Shown piece after piece: positions 58,426-64,000 of a stretch of DNA of 64,000 bases. Position 1 is the first letter of the stretch, and the number at the start of each line of letters is the position of its first letter. The stretch lies in assembly GCA_044892525.1 (NCBI GenBank), contig CM097885.1, positions 22,694,001-22,758,000 on the forward strand, in the 5' to 3' direction. This stretch comes from Schmidtea polychroa. Taxonomy: Eukaryota. The notes under the pieces are model-generated. The model was not told the origin of the DNA. It saw only the letters and a program-made list of their open reading frames with translations, and made no database searches. Made by a program: the position numbers and the translations under genes.

Positions 58426-60920
58426 TGTTATGGCTCGTGTTTACATACGAAGGAGCTATGAGAACGAGTACATACTTTAAGAAAAGGAACAGGAAAATTT
58501 ATTTAAAAATTAAAGGAAATAAAATGAAGGGATAAATAAATTTAAAAATTGAAACTAAAAATATCTATGGAAAAAATAATAAAATGTAAAATAAAATAAG
58601 TTGAAAATTATTTAAACTATAAAATTAAATCGTTAAAAATAATAAAAATTAAAATAAAATTAGTTAACATCGTGTAAATTATAAAGTTTATAGAATTAAA
58701 TGGTTAAAATTAATAAAAATTAAAATAAAATTAGCTGCAAGTATTTAAATTAAAATTTTATAAAATTAAATTAATAAAAATTAAATTAAATTATTAATTA
58801 AATCAATTAAATTAAAAAAATAAACAATTACACTCTCATGCATGCATGCAAAAGTAATTCAAATTTTACTCCATTCTGATTGGATCGAGTGGCAGAGAAT
58901 GCATGTATGCACAGTCAAAATCAGTATAAATACTGATTGCAAATTCAGTTGGATATACATTGGTTAGACAGAGAAAAAAAATTTTATTTCAGACGGGAAA
59001 CACATGCTCTCAATTTTTCGATTTTATGCCATCGTGGTATTGGATTCGGTAATTTTTTTTACTGTGTAATTTTTATGTAATATTTTTATGTAAGTTAATA
59101 AATCTTTGTATTCAAATTAGTTCTATTTAATTTTTTTTGTTTTTCCTTTTAATTAATTAATTCTTGTTTAAATTTTGAATAATATTTACGCTTATTAATT
59201 TTGACTGGTAGTTACAGTGGAACTGGGATCCATTAGGCCACAGCTTATGGGACACTAGTTGTTCCTCTTGCGAGTAGGTCGACTGGTTTTTCAGATTCAC
59301 ACGGATTGATCACGTCACAATGTGGGGTCTTCTCCCTGCTCCGTAGCCGTAAATAGTTTTAGAGGAACATAAGTTAGAATTAGAAATACAAGCAGATCCC
59401 TGCTCAAATATTTTGAGGAATAATTTGAATATTATTGGAAGTATGGAACAACATTTATTAACTTGGAAATAAGGGCCGATCCCTGCTCAAATGTTTGAAG
59501 GATAGGTTAAATATTCACAGACATTGCAGGAAACTCAAAGAAACATGTATTAACAGAAAAATAAAGGCAGATCCCTACGAGAAATTTTGGAAGATCACTT
59601 GAAAACGTCTAGTATTGATGACCACAATTAATTGAAGACATGACAATAATCTAATAGAATAATGACGTAAGACCTTCTATCGGCAGTCCAGAACCGGAAA
59701 ATGAAAATATCACGAGGAGTTGTTTTAGCAATAGAGCTTACCTGCTCATGGATTTTCAACCATTGTATATTGGTTACCACAATCGCCCTGGGGAATCCTG
59801 ATGAATTAGTTTCAGCGTATTATTTGGATTAGTGATTATAATTTTATGTAGGGGTAGGGGTTTTCCGATTTTCGCCCTCGGGATATCTAGATCGGTTTTA
59901 TTTTATCGTCCAGTGATTGATGCCATGACAGTGATTGGTCGTTTTTGAAAGTGTGTGGTGGGGCTTACTATAATTTGGTTTTACTTGATAGCAAGATATT
60001 GGTGAAAGAAAAATGGGGGGGGGGGGGTCCGTTACTGAAAATAGAATGGCTGAAATTTTGGTAATATCATTGAAGGAATGTGAAGTTAGGATTAAATTTA
60101 GATCTAGGGGAATCATTAATCGATCATTTTAATATTATATTATGTATAAGTAAATTATCCAATTAATTAATAATAAAGTATACATTAGCTGATTAGAAGT
60201 GTTAACACGTTCCCGATTATTATATAACTTGGGGGGGGGGGTAATTAAGAAATTTTGTCAATTAAATTTTTGTAAGTTTAAATAACTTCATATATATAAC
60301 CTGATTTAGTGATTTTAATATTATTACCGTTCTTAGTATATCTGGGCGGGGGGGGGGGTACTTACGAAAAATGTAAATTATAATTTTATAAGTTTAATTT
60401 ATATATTTATGATTCAGACTATTACTATAAACATTGTCTTTGGCTATTCTATAACTTAGGGTGGGGGCGGGGTATAAAAAAGGAGAATTTACAAATTTTA
60501 TTTTTAAGTCTAATATATTTATACATACTATATACAGCTAATATTAGCCTTACTTTACCTATTATACGACCTAGGGGGTAGTTAGGACAAACTTATAAAT
60601 TATATTTTTATGAATTTAATATCTATATATAATTTAAATTAGTACTTTTAACATTAGTTTTGACAATTTTAGAACTTGAGGGGGGTATTTATGGAAAAAA
60701 TGTAAATTATGTTTTATAAGATTACTTTGTATATACTTTGGACTATTAACAATAACATTAATTCTTGTTATTACACAACTTGAGGGGGGGGGTCCATTAG
60801 AATATTTTTAAATTACATTTTTATAAGTAAAGGATATATATAAGTAATCTAGTTTAGTATTTCAAATAGTGATTTTGATGAATAAAGATCTTGAGGGTTA
60901 ATTGTGAAAAATACAAATTT
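58426..60920 (+). mobile_element. LTR (58426-59319) plus non-coding internal region of a probable LTR retroelement
   Basis: TGT...ACA ends; ATTGG ~58879, TATAAATA ~58925, AATAAA ~59097; TGGGGTC PBS-like motif just downstream; internal tandem repeats. Confidence 0.55.
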
Positions 60921-61389
60921 CTTTCACTCGGCGCCACCTCACTAAATAAAAAAAATTAAAATTAAATATAAAAAAATTAAATGATAAAAAAGAAAAAGTG
61001 ACAAATATGGATTTATTAGAGAGATACTGGAAACGCGGGCGCAACGTATACCTTATTCTACCACGCAATGAAAGCGCGCTCGTGACTTCGTGCGATGCGA
61101 TCGGTGTAGATCGCTCAACTTCGTTCGATAAAGGCGTCACCGCGACGCGCGGCATTTAACATTTACGTCTAGTCAAGTTTACGTTTAGTCAAGTTTACGC
61201 AAATTTACGTCTAGTCAAGACCACCACTACATTTGTCTTCTGCGTAAATCAAATATTTATTGATTTTCATCAGGCATTCATTATAAAATTTCAACTTAAG
61301 TATAATTTACAATATTAAATAACTAATTACATATTAAATAACAATATTAAATAATTACAATGTATAATAAATTTTAACTTAAAATCTTT

Positions 61390-63851
61390 AGATGTCTGGA
61401 ATCGGAAAAAATCAAAATTATCAGGCGCGCAAAATAAGAAAAATAGACTTCAGCGAGAAGACACTCGACAAAAGCTATCAGGTTCTTTAGATAAATTCAC
61501 TATTAAAACTATTAATCCTACTACGACTACAACGGAAGAAAATCAAGACCTGAATCTCGAAACACAAAGTTCTTCTGGTGTATCCACAAACTCTACAATA
61601 GAAAACGAATCGAAAGAAAGTAATAAAACCGATTCCGATTCCGAAAAAATTGATTTTAACGATCCGGCTACTTGGCCAAAACAAATTAATATAAAATTAA
61701 GAGATTGTTTAATAGAAAATGATCCTAAGCAATTAATTTTGAAAGACTTCCCAAAAAATCAGTCTGGACGTAAATTTTCTGATAATTATTATTATCGAAC
61801 TTTATCAAACGGTGAAAAAATTTGCAGGAGTTATTTGCTTTATTCGAAAACTCAAAATTCAGTCTTTTGTTACTTTTGCAAATTAATGTCTGACAATACT
61901 ACACCACTTACTAGTGGTTGTAATGATTGGCAACACTTAAGCCACATATTAAAAGTTCACGAAACTAGTGTTGGGCACATAAAAAACAGTTCAAAATATA
62001 GCGAATTGAGAATGTCACTAAAAAAATTGTACAATTGATGCAATGCAACAACGACTCTACTAAACCGAAAAAAAATATTGGCGATCGGTAGTGGAACGAA
62101 TTATTCATATAATGCAGTATTTATCAAGACAATGCTTGGCATTTAGAGGTTCATCTAAAAATCTTTTTCAAAACGACAACGGAAACTTTTTGAAATTAAT
62201 AGAAACCATAGCTAAATTCGATCCAATAATGTCTGAACATTTACATCGCGTTCAAACGTTTGAGAAAAAGAATATTAGTCATTATTTAGGTGATCAGATT
62301 CAAAATGAAATAATTAGCATTATAAGTGATGCTATTAAGAAAAAGATTTTAGAAATGCTCCACTCTTCAAAATATTATTCAATCATTCTTGATACAACAC
62401 CAGACATAAGCCATACTGAACAGTTAACGATTGTCATAAGATTTGTTTATCACAATAAATTGAGAAATGTTGCAGAAATTCGTGAGCATTTTTTAGGATT
62501 CCAAAGTGTAACTGACACAACCGGTGTAGGTTTATTCGAGTTCATCATTAACCATTTGAAATTAATGAACATTAATATATCAGATTTACGCGGACAGTCG
62601 TACGATAACGGAGCTAATATGCGTTGGAGACATAATGGACTTCAACAAAAAATTCTTGAAATAAATTCACGAGCTTCTTTCGTTCCATGCGCTGAACGAT
62701 GCAGCTAAAATTTCATTTGAGATGGTAAATATTTTTAGTGTGATTCAAGAACTATATAATTATTTTTCAATTAGTGTGAAACGGTGGGATGTATTAAAAA
62801 AATACGTTAAAAACTTAACCCTAAAACCACTTTCTGCAACTAGATAGGAAAGTCGGATAGAAGCCCTGAAACCTCTGAAAATGTATATGTCAGAAATTTA
62901 TCAAGCTCCATTAGATATCACTAATGACCACACAAAAGACATGGATTCTAGAGCTCAAGCAAATAATATAATTTCAAAAATTTGTTCTTTTAAATTTTTG
63001 TGTTCTGTCTCAATTTGGTATGATATATTGAATCTTGTCAATATTGTTAGCAAAATAATGCAAAAATCCACATTCAATTTACAATTAGTAACAGAAAATC
63101 TTAATTCAATTTTGAACAACTTAAAAAGTCTTAGAACTGATGATAAATTTGAAGAACTTGTGACGTCTGCAATGGCTAAAGCTAGAGAACTTGATATTGA
63201 GCCTGATTTCCCTGAAACTCGAAAGCGAAAAAAATGAAGTTATTCGATTACGAAGCATCAGATGATACAGTGAAGGATGCGAAACATGATTTTAAAATTA
63301 ACTTCTACTTCGCGATTCTGGACACCACTATATCGTCAATTTCAGAACGATTTCAACAATTGCAACAACACAATGAAGATTTTAAAATAATACACAACAT
63401 CAACCAACTAAAACAATGGGATAATGAGGATTTATTGAAACACTGCAAAGATTTGCAAATAAAATTAACCGACGGTGCAAACTTAAACGATGAAGATATT
63501 GATGGTATAGCTCTAAACGAAGAATAAAAAACCATTCAATTTTTTATAAAATCTGACTTGTCTCCTCACGAGGTTTTAAATTACATTTATAAAAATGCAT
63601 TAAATGAGATCTTCCCGAATATAACTATTGTATTACACATTTTTTTAACATTACCTGTGTCTGTTGCTTCTGGAGAAAGAAGTTTCTCTAAGTTAAAACT
63701 AATTAAAATCTATTTACGGTCTACCATGAAAGAAGCACGATTAACGGACTTATCCATAATATCTATAGAAAGCGATATTTTGGATTCCATAGATATTAAC
63801 GATCTCATAAAAAACTTTGTAGCTGCTAAAGCTAGAAGAGTAAATATGTAA
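61390..63851 (+). pseudogene. hAT transposase (TTF zinc finger/DUF4371/hAT dimerisation), frameshifted
   Basis: SGAQNKK..SLDKF; LLYSKTQNSVFCYFCKL..W...LKVHETS..H; LAFRG..GNFL; YYSIILDTTPDISHTEQL; GQSYDNGANM; TLPVSVASGERSFSKLKLIK; several frameshifts and stops. Confidence 0.92.
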
Positions 63852-64000
63852 AAAGTATTTTGATTTTTGAGTGATGAATAATTATAAAGTAATCTAATTC
63901 TTAATATATGTTTGAGACAAGCAAATTTTATTGATTGCTTAGATTTAGTATTATATATTGTATGTATATAACCCATGCCTGTATATTATCATATTATATA

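Noticed and set aside
59385..60920. CRISPR-like spaced repeats
   Set aside because: Eukaryotic context, no cas genes, degenerate repeats, and spacers homologous to one another
63710..63976. ORFs antisense to TE coding regions (also 50094-52971 on +)
   Set aside because: Shadow frames of the transposase and pol genes

Overview
Very AT-rich, repeat-dense eukaryotic (animal) DNA. The 44-60 nt introns, (AAT)n tracts and TE spectrum suggest a planarian-like genome (inference). The ORF track misses the main gene: a complete 23-exon, ~798-aa SID-1/SIDT-family multipass membrane protein on the minus strand (57098->27076), assembled by hand with GT-AG and consistent phase at every junction. A small PDZ-domain gene is also on the minus strand (17330->~1385). 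The rest is TE debris: two Ty3/Gypsy elements (one delimited by an ATAAC TSD), LTR-like units, Penelope-like (RT/GIY-YIG) fragments, hAT, IS630/Tc1, mariner and MULE pseudogenes, and MITEs of hAT, Merlin, Tc2, piggyBac, Sola and Helitron type. Most notable are nine minimal hammerhead-ribozyme-like motifs in two families, one with a U3-A8 core covariation and an AATT palindromic stem III. They sit in inverted Penelope repeats or beside (AAT)n microsatellites, and several are sense to host pre-mRNAs.
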